Assembly (NCBI GenBank): GCA_002269645.1
Contig: NIVC01001050.1
Coordinates: forward strand, 245,683 to 309,682
Length of the DNA: 64,000 bases
Direction: 5' to 3'
From: Macrostomum lignano
Lineage: Eukaryota
Under the pieces are notes generated by a model, which had not been told where the DNA came from, searched no databases, and saw only the letters and a program-made list of their open reading frames with translations. Numbering within the stretch: the stretch's first letter is position 1; every line of letters begins with the position of its first letter. The position numbers and the translations under genes were made by a program. Below, in pieces: positions 1 through 12,460 of this stretch.

Positions 1-1425
1 CCCTTCAGTTTGAGCACCGCTACCCTCCCTGTAATTCAGTTTGAGCACCGCTACCCTCCCTGTAATTCAGTTTGAGCACTGCTACCCTCCCTGTAATTCA
101 ATTTGAGCACCGCTACCCTACCTGCCCTTCAGTTTGAGCACCGCTACCCTCCCTGTAATTCAGTTTGAGCACTGCTACCCTCCCTGTAATTCAGTTTGAG
201 CACTGCTACCCTACCTGTAATTCAGTTTGAGCACCGCTACCCTACCTGTAATTCAATTTGAGCACCGCTACCCTCCCTGTCCTTCAATTTGAGCACCGCT
301 ACCCTACCTGCCCTTCAGTTTGAGCACCGCTACCCTCCCTGTAATTCAGTTTGAGCACTGCTACCCTCCCTGTAATTCAGTTTGAGCACTGCTACCCTCC
401 CTGTAATTCAGTTTGAGCACCGCTACCCTACCTGTAATTCAATTTGAGCACCGCTACCCTCCCTGTCCTTCAATTTGAGCACCGCTACCCTACCTGCCCT
501 TCAGTTTGAGCACCGCTACCCTCCCTGTCCTTCAATTTGAGCACCGCTACCCTACCTGTAATTCAGTTTGAGCACTGCTACCCTCCCTGTAATTCAGTTT
601 GAGCACCGCTACCCTACCTGTAATTCAATTTGAGCACCGCTACCCTCCCTGTCCTTCAATTTGAGCACCGCTACCCTACCTGCCCTTCAGTTTGAGCACC
701 GCTACCCTCCCTGTAATTCAGTTTGAGCACCGCTACCCTCCCTGTAATTCAGTTTGAGCACTGCTACCCTCCCTGTAATTCAGTTTGAGCACCGCTACCC
801 TCCCTGTAATTCAATTTGAGCACTGCTACCCTACCTGTCCTTCAGTTTGAGCATCGCTACCCTACCTGTAATTCAGTTTGAGCAGCCCTTCCCTACCTGT
901 CCTTCAGTTTGAGCACCGCTACCCTCCCTGTAATTCAGTTTGAGCACTGCTACCCTACCTGTAATTCAGTTTGAGCACTGCTACCCTACCTGTAATTCAG
1001 TTTGAGCACTGCTACCCTACCTGTCCTTCATTTTGAGCACCGCTACCCTACCTGTCCTTCAGTTTGAGCACCGCTACCCTACCTGTAATTCAGTTTGAGC
1101 ACTGCTACCCTACCTGTCCTTCAGTTTGGGCATCGCTACCCTACCTGTAATTCAGTTTGAGCACTGCTACCCTACCTGTCCTTCAGTTTGAGCACTGCTA
1201 CCCTACCTGTAATTCAGTTTGAGCACTGCTACCCTACCTGTCCTTCAGTTTGGGCATCGCTACCCTCCCTGTAATTCAGTTTGAGCACCGCTACCCTCCC
1301 TGTAATTCAGTTTGAGCACTGCTACCCTCCCTGTAATTCAATTTGAGCACCGCTACCCTACCTGTCCTTCAGTTTAAGCACTGCTACCCTCCATGTCCTT
1401 CAATTTGAGCACCGCTACCCTCCCT
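1..1425. repeat. 31-bp minisatellite (CAGTTTGAGCACCGCTACCCTCCCTGTAATT), truncated by window start
   Basis: Unit recurs at 6, 37, ... with a few interchangeable variants and no spacers. Confidence 0.98.
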
Positions 1426-1502
1426 TCTCTATGACCAACATCCTTCCTAGCTCGTAGCTAACATTTTTTTCAGAAAAGCAATAAAAATCAACGGCACAAG
1501 CA

Positions 1503-4500
1503 CTAACTCACCCCGTCCTTGTTAGCATGCTGCATCTCCTCTCTCTGCAGCTTCCTCAATGCCTCACTAGACGGGACGTGAATGGCGACCTTTTCCTCGT
1601 ATGGCTTGTTGTAATATTTTTCGTTGTGTGAGTATTTTTGTCGATTTTTGTCAGCATTATCGAATTGTTTTTTGTTATTCTTATTGTCATTGTCACTAGA
1701 TTTATCGTTGAACTTTGACTTCTGAACACTGCTAACTGCAGGCTTGTTCAAGTTCAAACCGTTTCGTCCTTGATTTGGATCTTTTTGTCCTTGGTTGGGA
1801 TCCGATGGAGCTTGATCGCTGAACTGAAATGTGTGTGTGCGTTAACAGAAAGTCTAATTCAAGCGTCAAAGTCTACCGACATCCCACCGCACAAAAGGGA
1901 CGTAAATTCTTAACATCAAAATCTTTATCGTTCTCAGAAAACAGTTTAACAATCACAGCTCTGCACATTGACCTGTGTTGGGGTTGTAGGTGCAACTGGT
2001 ATCCTTACGATATCTGCATATAAATAGATAACTATTCGCAGGAGGTCTGTTGGCACCCTAGCGCAACGGTGATATCGTCCCACAACCAGCGCATTCAGCC
2101 CATTCCGCTGACTCCTGAGCACACGCAGGCACTCACTCATGCACGCCGATGTACTTTCTACTCGTCAGATATGTACGAATACTCACCTGTCGATTTCGCA
2201 TCATGTAGTGTCTCAGATAGTACCTAAACAGGGCTAAGTCTCCGCCACTGGACGGAGTGAAGTGAGCACTGTCGGCCGTGCAGTCAACTGCAGGATCGGG
2301 TTGAAGTAGTATGGTAGCTCGCGAGTTGGCACCGATCAGGGCGTTACCGGGGGCTATGAGATCGATGCGTAGTCGCAAGTCCGAGCTGTCGTTTCGCTCG
2401 CTGATTTCCAGTCTGATCTGGGCGGTCCTGTCACCTATAGGACGGGAAATAAAGTTGGCTTGAAGTGAAATCTGTTAAAAATAAATCTGTGTCGCAAGTA
2501 CATCTAAAATTACAAATAGACATGAGCTGGATGTGGATTCGATTTTGTTTAAAAAACCAACCTGGATTGAAGTTGAGAGTCCTGGCTGAGCTCACGGTGA
2601 AATCCCTGCGTTCCTGAGCAGAGCCATCAAGTTCGAACCTGGCGAATGCCATCTGGTCCATTGCGCCAGTACGGGTAACATCTACCAGAAGGGTGCCAGG
2701 CCGTGGACAACGCACCCAATAGCGAGTCTGCCGAAAGAAGATCACTGACCATTCCATTCTGAAGCGGCTTCTCTCTGAGCTGAAGCGTCTATCTTGGGTG
2801 CGTACGATGAACTCAAATGAGTCGGATGTATTGTCCGGAGCTTTAACTGCACTGGTTACTTGAGGCTGATTGAACCAGTAAGTCACTCGTCCGGTATTGA
2901 CGTCACGCTGAGTGAAACTCCCCCAACAGGGATTTCAGATTCGCCCAGTTTCAGAATGCCCAAGCCTGGTTGGGAAGCCAGCTCGAATAGGACCATAGCC
3001 GGCTTTGCCAATAGGGAGTCGTTTTTAATACGAAACCCAAAGCGCCCACCATTGCCAAACGACATCAGCTCGGAGGGGCTCTTGACTCGAACCAATTCAA
3101 TTGGATTACGAGTCGACGGGGCAACTCGAATTGATAATGTCACTGGGGAGGAGCGCGGAATAGCCGATTTATAACAGAAACCGCGTGTTTTGTTCATGTC
3201 TTCAACCGTGAATTTTAGCTTGTCTAAGCCAGTGGGTGGCTCTATGAGGCTTCTGTACCATAAAACAGTTCCGTTATTGACGTCAGCTTGAGTAAATGAG
3301 TCCTCTTGGCCAAGTTGAGAGTTTCCTATAACTAAAAGGCCTTGTTTAGGTGCATTTTTGATGCGGTACAAAATTTCCTGTGGTGGTGTATCAGCGTCCG
3401 ATGTTCTGAGGACAGTTTGATCAATGGCGACAGCTTCGTGGGCTCGTAGTGACAGAGTTCCGACATGATCCAGCGTTGGCGGCGCCACGTCCAGCCGGAT
3501 AAGATCTACAGGGAGCATACCAGATGCTGACTTTCCGATCCAGTTTGAGCGCACTTCAAAGAGTATGTCTTCTTTAGATTTAGAGCAATTGGTCGCATTA
3601 AACAAGACTCGACCATCCAAAACGTCCGACATCAAGAATACTGTTTCGTTGTCGGTAACAACTGGATCGCCCTCAAGCTCAAATGAATAGCATGGTTGGC
3701 TATCGGACACTTGTTGGGGAATAACCTGGAAGCTGGCTGAGTTCTGCACTCGGTCACGGTAATAGACACTAATCTCCTCTTGTGTTAACTTTGTGACTCT
3801 TTGAGTGACTGCTTTCAGTCGGGATGTACGAATCAGAAACAGCTCCAGCACCTCGGCAGGTTTTGGCACGAGTCTCAGCATCAAGTTTGCCGCATCAGTA
3901 GAGAAACGCCCGTCACCAGCCATTAGACGCAGCTCCACCGTCGCTGGCGAGGCTGCCGAGCTGCTGCTCAATCTGGATGCCCTTACAAACATCCGGCTTT
4001 GTTGCACGTCTCGCTGGCTGAAACTCTCGCCAAGGCGCAGCGCCACCAGACGGTCGCGGCTTCTGCCACTGAGAATGACACTGGACCTACTAGGCTCCAA
4101 CCTGAGCAATTCGCAATTGGCTGGCAGGGATACCACGGAAATAGATATCGCTTCCTTTGGCGTGTCCGGATCACGTACGAGGAGATGATTCTCGGTCAGT
4201 TGGACTTTTTCACCATAATAAAGTTGTAATTGTGACCGAGGTGACGAAAACACGGGTGGCTGTTCGTTTCTGGTTGCTATGGCAATACGGCAGGTCTTAG
4301 AGATGCGATAAACTGGATCAGAAGCTTCCACCACAAAGCTGTCGTTAAGCGATGTGACATCCAGGTCTTGGTGATACACTAGGCGCATATAGTTCAGATT
4401 TCGCTTCGTAAACTGCCTGTTTGAAGTTTCAGTAACCTTTTTGCTGATCCGAGCAGTGAACCAGTCCTGAAACAAAGTCCCGACGCTGGGCAACCGACGG

Positions 4501-7500
4501 ATTCGTACGATGACTTCCTCTTCGGGCACGTCGGCATCGGTGACGGAAAAATACGTCGCATTCAATACACGAGACTCGCCCTTACTGATGGCGAAATCAG
4601 CGAGACCAACTATCGATGGCAGCTCGTCGGTCACCGGATAGATGTACACTTGAACTGTAACGGGGCTCGATCTGCGTTCTCCGTCGCTTGCTATCACTGT
4701 GAAGTTGTCTCTGGTGAACTCCGTGCCAAAATTTTTGTTCTGCAAAAACGCGACCTCTCCAGCGAGAAGTTGTTGCTGGCTAAATTGGTTAACCGTCGCT
4801 CCGCTTCCGTTGATCAAACGAATTTCACCATGCTTCGGTGCGTCTTGCACCATCAGCAGCAGCTTGTCAGCTTCGGTGTCTGCATCCCTCACCTTAATGA
4901 CATTACCTGACAAGACGGTGCTGTCGCCCTCCTTGACCAGGACCTGGGCCCCGTCTGTAATAGATGGCGGCTGGTTGTCAACCGGTTGAATGGAGAAGGT
5001 CAGGCGGTGCGTCTGCCAGTCGGATCCGCTGTAGACAAACATAGGGCAGATGTCGACAATGGCTCGTGGCCCGATTTCGCCAGTAGTGTGGCGGTACACG
5101 ATACGACCGGCTCGCAAGTCTTCGTGATTGAACTGGGATATGCTGCGACTAGAACTGCCCAGAAGTTCGAATTCGCCCTTCACTGGTCGCTCACCTTGTA
5201 GATATGAAATCTGTCTTGGATCTATTGTTTCGCTTTTCAAAGTTGGAAACATCTCTGTGGTTAGGACGGTTTGACCACCCTCTAGTACGAATATTGTATT
5301 GTTTGCATAGAATTTCGTGCCGTAGTCCCATGCCTGACGCTCAGTTATGTTCAAATATATGTTGTAATCTGGGCTGTTCTGGTTATTGTCCGTCACTTGG
5401 AGCACGAAATAATCGGCTGAACTTGTTGTACCGTCGTGCTGGTAGCTGAAAGTTGCATGATATTCTATCAGACGTTATTAGGAGCGTAAAAATGCTTAAT
5501 GGACAACGGTTAATGAAGCATACAGTACTCAGCGTGCAGTTTGTCTCAGTTTGAGCCAGTCTGGCAGTATAACTAACTGGTGCGATAAGGCTAGTCGTCT
5601 TTGAGAGTTTAATGATCTAATCAGCTCTGGCAAGCACCCTCAAGGCTGACAGAGATTACGCAATCGACACAGCAAAGTATAGACGCATTTGAAGACTAGC
5701 TTAAGCTTTTAATGAAACTTAAGCCTTCTCCTCTTAAAACAGATAACAGCGCTACCGCTAGTTTCCTTCAAACGTCTGCATCTGTTTCCTACCTGTTACT
5801 GGGGTAAGGGTGACTGGATAAGTCTCGGTCGGTCGGTAGACCTATAGACTCGGCGGTAGACAAATGCTCCCCCAGCGGTCTCTGTACATGGATTATGCGG
5901 CCCCGCTGTGATAGAAAGAGCTGTATGCCAGACAAGATAGCTCAGCTAAGATATCTTTCCTTTACTCTCATCATCTTAAATTCAGTCAATTCATTCGCTC
6001 AAGTGGACCCCCTTCTTGAGAATCGTCTGGGTAGATGCCCAGCTATGCGAATGAAAATTGCACCTGGGTTAAAGGAGAATCGCAGCGTCTGAATAACAGG
6101 TGGGCTGAGGCTTCGTGCTCAAGTGACCATAGTTTTAGAAAAGGCATCCTTTATAGAATATATTTAACAGCGACATTTTGCAACGAGGTTTATATTAGCT
6201 GCTTCGTGAGAATACCGTGGTAATAATTGTCTGCCAAACAGGTTATTTTTGGGTGAAACTTTATACTGAAATCTTCGCGTATAGGCTAAGAAGAAATGTT
6301 TAGTTATTCATCATTATTTATAAACAATAGAAATTATTGTTACAATTCTCCCATTGTGGGATTAATTAACGAAAAATTCCGTCAGAAATATTCCAGACAA
6401 GCTCGCAACAAAATCGAATGTCAACGGATTAGTATAGCTTAGCGCAGAAAAAGGCTTTTTGCCTGCCGCCAGAGGCAAAGGGGAAGAATGAACCCGTTTT
6501 ACATCCGTGTAACCCTGCCATTGCAACCGGGCCAAGTGCTTTCAATCATGCGGATCTCCATCTGGCTGGAATCCCAGTTCCGGGAACTTTAAGAAGATAT
6601 GGCCTGTATCAGGTGGTTAATGAAGCTTGCAATATCGACTGCCGCAACGCGTGGACAAGAATCCGGAGCGGATATGAAAGAATTTTATCCTTTTTTGTAT
6701 CTACCAGTCGGCCTATTTACGCAATTCAATGCGGAGAAAAGGAGAAGAAATGCAAAATGCCGGGTAATGCAGGTAAACAAGTGCACGAGACGGGTCTTAT
6801 TTTTTCAAGTGTGCCTTAGTTCTCTCGGCTGCTCTGGAAAATGTATTCCAGCTTTTAATTTGGCAATGAAATGCAAGCTGAAAATCAGGAATTCTGGGCG
6901 CGGTCCGTCTGGGAGGCTGTCAATGTCAAAAGGCAGATCAGGCGATTATTCAGCCCTTCATAAAGTAATTTGATGCCTTATGATACCTGGCGATTCCCAT
7001 CCAGGCACTGAAGGCTTGCAATTAGAAACTTGAAATGTCCTGTTTCACTTCAAATTTCTTGACTTAATTAACAGCGAAAACATTTGCGTCTTTAACTAGG
7101 GTTAGGGGTCTCATTCATTAAGCTTTTTGTCAAACTTACCTAATCTTTTCGGATCGGACTCTACCAACTTTGAACCACTGGCCAACGCCAATGGACACGT
7201 CTCCGTCATAAAGTTTGCCGTGCTTTGGCTCCTTCAGTAGTCGCAGTGTCAGCTGATCGACTTTCGTGTCGATGTCCCTCGGTCGCAGGTGATTCAGTTT
7301 AATAGTCAGACGTTTTCCTCGCTCAACACTGAGTTTCTGAGGTTCGAGCTTCGGCTCTTGGTTGTCAACCGGTAGGACAATAAAGGTCAGTTTGTGGGGC
7401 GATGCCTTGTTCCACGTCGTGTCATACGGCTGTAGGTAAACGTTCACTGTGCGATTCGATATGCCAACGTCGTTTAACGGCGGCACGTACAAAACGTTTC

Positions 7501-10236
7501 CGTTGTCTACATCTTCTTGGGTAAATTGGCTGAGGCATCCAACCTCCTTGAACGATGTGATTCGCACTTTGGCTTTCACATTATCGCCCGTCGTGAAGAT
7601 TCGTTCGAGCTTCCGCTTGTCTAGCAGGCGACCCGCATCGATGCTGATGTTGGTGCCGGCGTAGTACGGGTGCAGCAGTACTTCGTAAACAATCTGATTG
7701 GGCGAAAGTCCTTCCGTTTCGTACCGAAGAAAGTCGCGCGTAATAACAAAGTTATTATCAGTCTCCAGCATCGTCGGCGCTGAGAGGTATCGCGCTGATC
7801 GATTGATTAGTGGGGCTCTCGGCTTATCGTGAAGTCGGAGTCGGATTAGCAGCGGAGTAAAGTCGGGTCGTCCGGCTTGCTTGAGAGTCATGGAGTCCCA
7901 GACATTGGTCTGGCCGGGCTCCAGATTCCTCTGTTGTAGGTAGCAAATCGTCTTTCCCTGTAAAAGATCGCTCACAGCAAATGTCAGGAAAGTTGATGTC
8001 GATCTCGACCGCGCCCAGTCCGACAAAGGATTGAGCGCCCTGATCAGGTTGCCGTACTCGGGCCTTTTGACAACTTCATAGCGCATGTCAATGCAATCGT
8101 GCTTCAGTGTCCGCAAGACACTCTCGTCAATGATTTCTACGCCGAAGCATACTTGACCACCTGGTCCGAGTCGATAGTTCACGTTAGACGATTTCAAAGT
8201 CGACACCGAGTCCCAGAGACGGGTTACATGGATTGGAAATTTGAAAACAATCGGCGTTCCACTGCTCTTCGACACTTGAGTGCGCAGCTCTATGCTATCC
8301 TCTGACGGTATGTTGCCGTTGTGCGTGTAGGTAATATAAAACTCTTCTGGGTTATTTAAAGTTCTTGGACCGAAGAACTCTATCGGTGCGTTATTCATTA
8401 GAATTCGGCCACTGTACGGCTCACGGCGAATTCGATAGCTGACCAGATTGCAATCTGAGCCAGAGCACAGCAAGTTTCTCGAATTAAATCGGACAGTAGC
8501 CTGGGTGTAGGCAAGTAAAGGACGCGGAAATAGCTGCAGTTGCCGGTTCGGTGTGCTGGCCAGGTTTAGTAGGACGTCCGGGCCATCTTGAAAGAAAGCA
8601 TCAATGGGCCGAAGGCGGATTCGCAGCTCCACTCTGTCCGTGTCAGTCGGCGTAGCAAACTGAAACGCCACTCGGCCTTCGCGCAGGTCTCTCGGTTGGA
8701 AGCCGCTAATCTGGCCCGCCGTCGGCTCGCGAGTGTCCACAAACGACGCATTGATGTTGAAGGGAAGCACAGGCTCGATCTGGGTCACCATAACTACCAA
8801 GCCACTAGTGATACCGCCGCTACTATCACCGCTTCTCCTTATATCTGTCTCCGTCGACGGTGCACTATCGGAAGTTGTGGACGAGGCAGACGCAGACGGT
8901 AAAAGCAATAAATCCGCTGGCAAAACCACTGGGAGGCCTCCAGTATGTGCCAGCGACACCGATCTCTGTCGGAGCTGCAGCTGTGGCGGAGCACTCTTCT
9001 GCGCTTTGTCGATGTGCACCGGCAGATAATACTTTTCTGTGACAATCGCATCAGAAGTCGCGTCAACTGATCCATTGAAATCCAGCCGCAGGAGGTAGAC
9101 AGACAGTGGAATATAATCCATGTCGGGATTGGGCGGTCTTTGGTGCTCGTAGCGATAGCCGGCTAGAAGGAATTGGCGGCAGTCGTGTTTGAACTCCCGC
9201 ACCCGCGTGCTCTGGTCATCGACCAGCCGGCCAACCATGGGCCAGTCGCGGAAAGCTAGGCTACTGCTGGCTTGGACTGAGTCGCTGTAGACCACAGTGC
9301 ACCGAGTGGTGAGTGGATCGTACACAAAATTGAGCGCGTTGGAGTCGATAGGCGCTGAGGTGCCTCGGAATCGGGGCACCGTTAAGGGCCTGGGACCGGG
9401 CATCACGATGTACGTCGCAGTGCTGGAACTCCGCTCTCCCACGGCCCCTTGACCGCTGCCGCGTCTGGACCTCAACTGCACTTCTACGGCTAGGCGAATC
9501 GGCGCAATCTCGCTTCTGTTGCCAGGTTGGAAGCTGTAAACCAGCAAGCGAACCGAGTCGTGTGAACGCAACGGGGAGCCTTCATGCTCGTAAAATACGC
9601 TGCCCTCGGTGAAATAGCAGTCGAATACCTGAGTAGAGTTTGAGAAGATTTTCAAATTATTGCACCCAATCGCACTCCAAAACTTTAAGTAAAACGTTCT
9701 TGTCCTCATCAGTGCTTCAGAAGCAGTACCAACACAACTGTTTTCTATAACTAAATTTTCACACAAATACCTCGTAAATGCACTCTACAGTGCGTGATGA
9801 GCTTTTTCAAGGGATCTCAGGTTTTGTTTATGACTCTCATTTCGCTCGTAATTATTTTAATATAGCTACGCAATAATTATAGTTTAAATAATAAAGCATC
9901 GAAATGCCGCCAATATTTCTCCATTCTGAAGCGGCTGAATTGTCAAAATGCAAATTTAAAAGTTTTTACCTTAGGCTTCATTTGTCCGACTGTCTGAGTC
10001 AGTGGATCGCTTGAGTCGACTTCAACTCGGCAAAGGCTGCCACTGCCGCTTGGCTGCCGACGTATTAGCAGGTGGGCGGCGGTCAGCGCCACCGACTTGC
10101 CCTGCTGCACTCGGATCGGCGGACGGGACGCGTTCGGAACGACAACGGTGGCCGACGAGCAGCTGGTGACGTCGATTATTAGAACGGCCAGCCACAGCAA
10201 CACTGGCAGCAGATGCTGCATCGATGTTGCAGCCAT
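1503..10236 (-). CDS. FREM1: FRAS1-related extracellular matrix protein (FREM1-like): signal peptide, N-terminal FREM domain, multiple CSPG repeats, one Calx-beta domain. Exons 10236-9970, 9628-7140, 5445-2562 (frameshift near 2920), 2434-2187, probable last exon 1823-1503
   Basis: Spliced CRVEVDSSDPLTQTVGQMKPK|VFDCYF matches the FREM N-terminal motif. CSPG motifs include FTQEDVDNGNVLY, FNHEDLRAGRIVYRH and FTQADVNNGTVLWY. GT-AG junctions are phase-compatible (KIS-YQHDG across 7140/5445; NPG-DRTA across 2562/2434). The 3' exon structure is less certain. Confidence 0.85.
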
Positions 10237-10781
10237 TGATAGTTTGCTAAAGCAATCACAGATTTGTTTAGTTGCGAAGTCGGCAAAACTGTTGAAACTG
10301 GGAAATTGTAACTGTGTTAAGTAAGTTCAGCTGTCTGTGACCTGGTATATCTTTTATCAGCAATTATTAAGCGAGTAAATTAAGAAAGTTGTTGTTAAAA
10401 GAGTTCATTCTACTCTGCTGGCTGTAAGAACGCGCTGCAGTATATATTAATCTGTATCTAAACTGATTCTGGTTGGCCTTCGGATCTGTCCAATGGCTGA
10501 GCACTGAGATGCGGAGACCGAAGACCGATATATGCTACGGAACAGTCTCCGAGCATTATTTTTGTAGAAAACAGTGCTGGCTGTAAGTAATAAATTAGTA
10601 CACTAAGTCTGGAAAGTGAGATTTTGTGAATACAGTGCTATAAAACCTAAAGCTTTTTTGGTTTTTGCTTCTGACAATGCATTTTGCATCGAAAATCGAC
10701 CTCTAGCACTTGACCTTTACAATAATTCTTACGTTAGTGGCTGACAACAACTGCTAGATGCTTAAACTTTTATTTGAAGAC

Positions 10782-11344
10782 CAGGGATGTCAAATTTCCC
10801 CCATTTCCCCCAAAAGAGGGGCAATGTCCCCCCCCAGTGAAAGCTCTGTGGGGTAATACATGCAGATGCTTTGACCTTCCACTCCCACCTTGTGACCCGT
10901 TTTGGAAATCAATAATTTTTCTTCATGTCGCCAAAATGAGTGCCTGTAGCGCTGAAAGGAGTGCCTGTAGCGCTAAAATGAGTGCCTGTAGCGCTGAAAG
11001 GAGTGCCTGTAGCGCTGAAAGGAGTGCCTGTAGCGCTGAAATGAGTGCCTGTAGCGCTAAAATGAGTGCCTGTAGCGCTGAAAGGAGTGCCTGTAGCGCT
11101 GAAAGGAGTGCCTGTAGCGCTGAAAGGAGTGCCTGTAGCGCTGAAAGGAGTGCCTGTAGCGCTGAAAGGAGTGCCTGTAGCGCTAAAATGAGTGCCTGTA
11201 GCGCTGAAAAGAGTGCCTGCGGCGCCAAAATGAGCGCTGACACACCGATTCTCAAAATAATGGACATGTAGGAATTTAGTAATGTACATGTTGAATTCTT
11301 GGCATTGTCCCCCCATCACCATAAAATCCATGGCGACGCCCCTG
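10782..11344 (-). mobile_element. Non-autonomous hAT-like MITE, same family as 55487-55769, with internal 21-bp tandem expansion
   Basis: 11220-11344 is the reverse complement of the 55487 copy's left part, ending in TIR TGGCGACGCCCCTG (11331-11344). 10880-10920 matches the other arm. The left terminus (CAGGGATG) and TSD (TTGAAGAC/CTAGAGAC) are degenerate. Confidence 0.75.
10935..11235. repeat. 21-bp minisatellite (GAGTGCCTGTAGCGCTGAAAG) inside MITE
   Basis: About 14 direct copies visible. Confidence 0.97.
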
Positions 11345-12186
11345 CTAGAGACCATCGAGTCTCTTCCGCAATAGACAATAGACTTGGATCTCACTTTTGA
11401 GAAATCTGTTTTTATAGAAGCCTGCCCCCCCCCCCAGTTTACAGGCAGGCTTCCAACCGTTTTCTGAGTATTGGAATTGTCGATAGACCAAACTGTTTTC
11501 AAAACCGAAGCGGCTGAATGTGCAAATATTAGTAAAGAAGACGAAACGCGTTGCTGAGTAAACACACGGGTCTACTTATTATAGGAGCTCGGTACGCAGA
11601 AGTCAGCCTCTCGACTCAATGCTAAATAATGGCTTTAGCTCCGAGCTGACTGTAGTGTTCATAGGCAAAATTCTTTATTAAACACGAGCAGAGACCAGGC
11701 ACACAATACGTGCTCAATTCTATTCTCAACTGGGGCTGCTCACTGCTGCAGCCCCTGACTACAGCGAAATATTCAAGCTTAATAAGTAAATTTACTATTC
11801 CCATAACCACTGCGACGGAATGCGATATGTCCGAAGCTAGGCTGCAGTCATAAATTTTCTTGAGTATTCCGTTTACCAGTAAATGCAGTTTATCCTTTCA
11901 TTCTTTGGCCCAGCAGAGGTTCCATTTAAGGAAATACAATTAATGCTCTCGTGGTATAGAATTCAGTATAATTACCTGTTCTAGTAGCTTGACTACAATT
12001 AACAGACAAGGGAATAGCTAACACAGAAAGGGTGAAAAGATTGCAAAAAATGAGTCGAGAGCTACATGTACGTTCGTGTCCAGGGCCTAATTATACTTGG
12101 CGTCGAGATTTTCTAATTTCTCCAACTTAAAATTTAGCCCGGAATAATTCCCGTACCCCATTCTGTATTCTGGAAGTATCATTCCA

Positions 12187-12460
12187 TGTGGGGCGTTGCC
12201 ATGGATTATTATGGTATGCGGACGAGAAAGCCAAGAGTTACTACATTATTTTTAGATTCGGTGTTGTTAGCAGGGGTGTAGCCATGGGGGGGGGGACACT
12301 GGGAAATCCCCCTGGAGGGGGGGATTTTTTTACTTACTTGATATTTTGCTTCCATCGCCTTTATCGGAGATGGATTTATGTCTTTGTCCCCCCTGACGTG
12401 AATCCTGGCTACGCGACTGGTTGTTAGCACTCATTTTGGCACCGAAGGCGCTATATTATT
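12187..12460 (+). mobile_element. Truncated, diverged copy of the 55487 MITE family, interrupted by a nested element
   Basis: GGGGCGTTGCCATGGATT...AGATTCGGTGTTGTTAG | CACTCATTTTGGC...GCGCTATATT is colinear with 55487-55630. Confidence 0.7.
12271..12419. mobile_element. 149-bp MITE with 14-bp imperfect TIRs and perfect 8-bp TSD
   Basis: TIRs CAGGGGTGTAGCCA / TGGCTACGCGACTG (11/14). TSD GTTGTTAG at 12263-12270 and 12420-12427. Confidence 0.85.

Noticed and set aside
1-1425. CRISPR-like appearance of 20-38-bp arrays (here, 45527, 50500 and others)
   Set aside because: Units are head-to-tail with no unique spacers, there are no cas genes, and the context is eukaryotic.
2900-2930. Programmed -1 ribosomal frameshift in FREM
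   Set aside because: There is no X XXY YYZ slippery heptamer; a homopolymer indel explains it more simply.
6433-6819. ~130-codon + strand open frame inside FREM intron 2
   Set aside because: No ATG near its start, no recognisable motif and no supporting exons.
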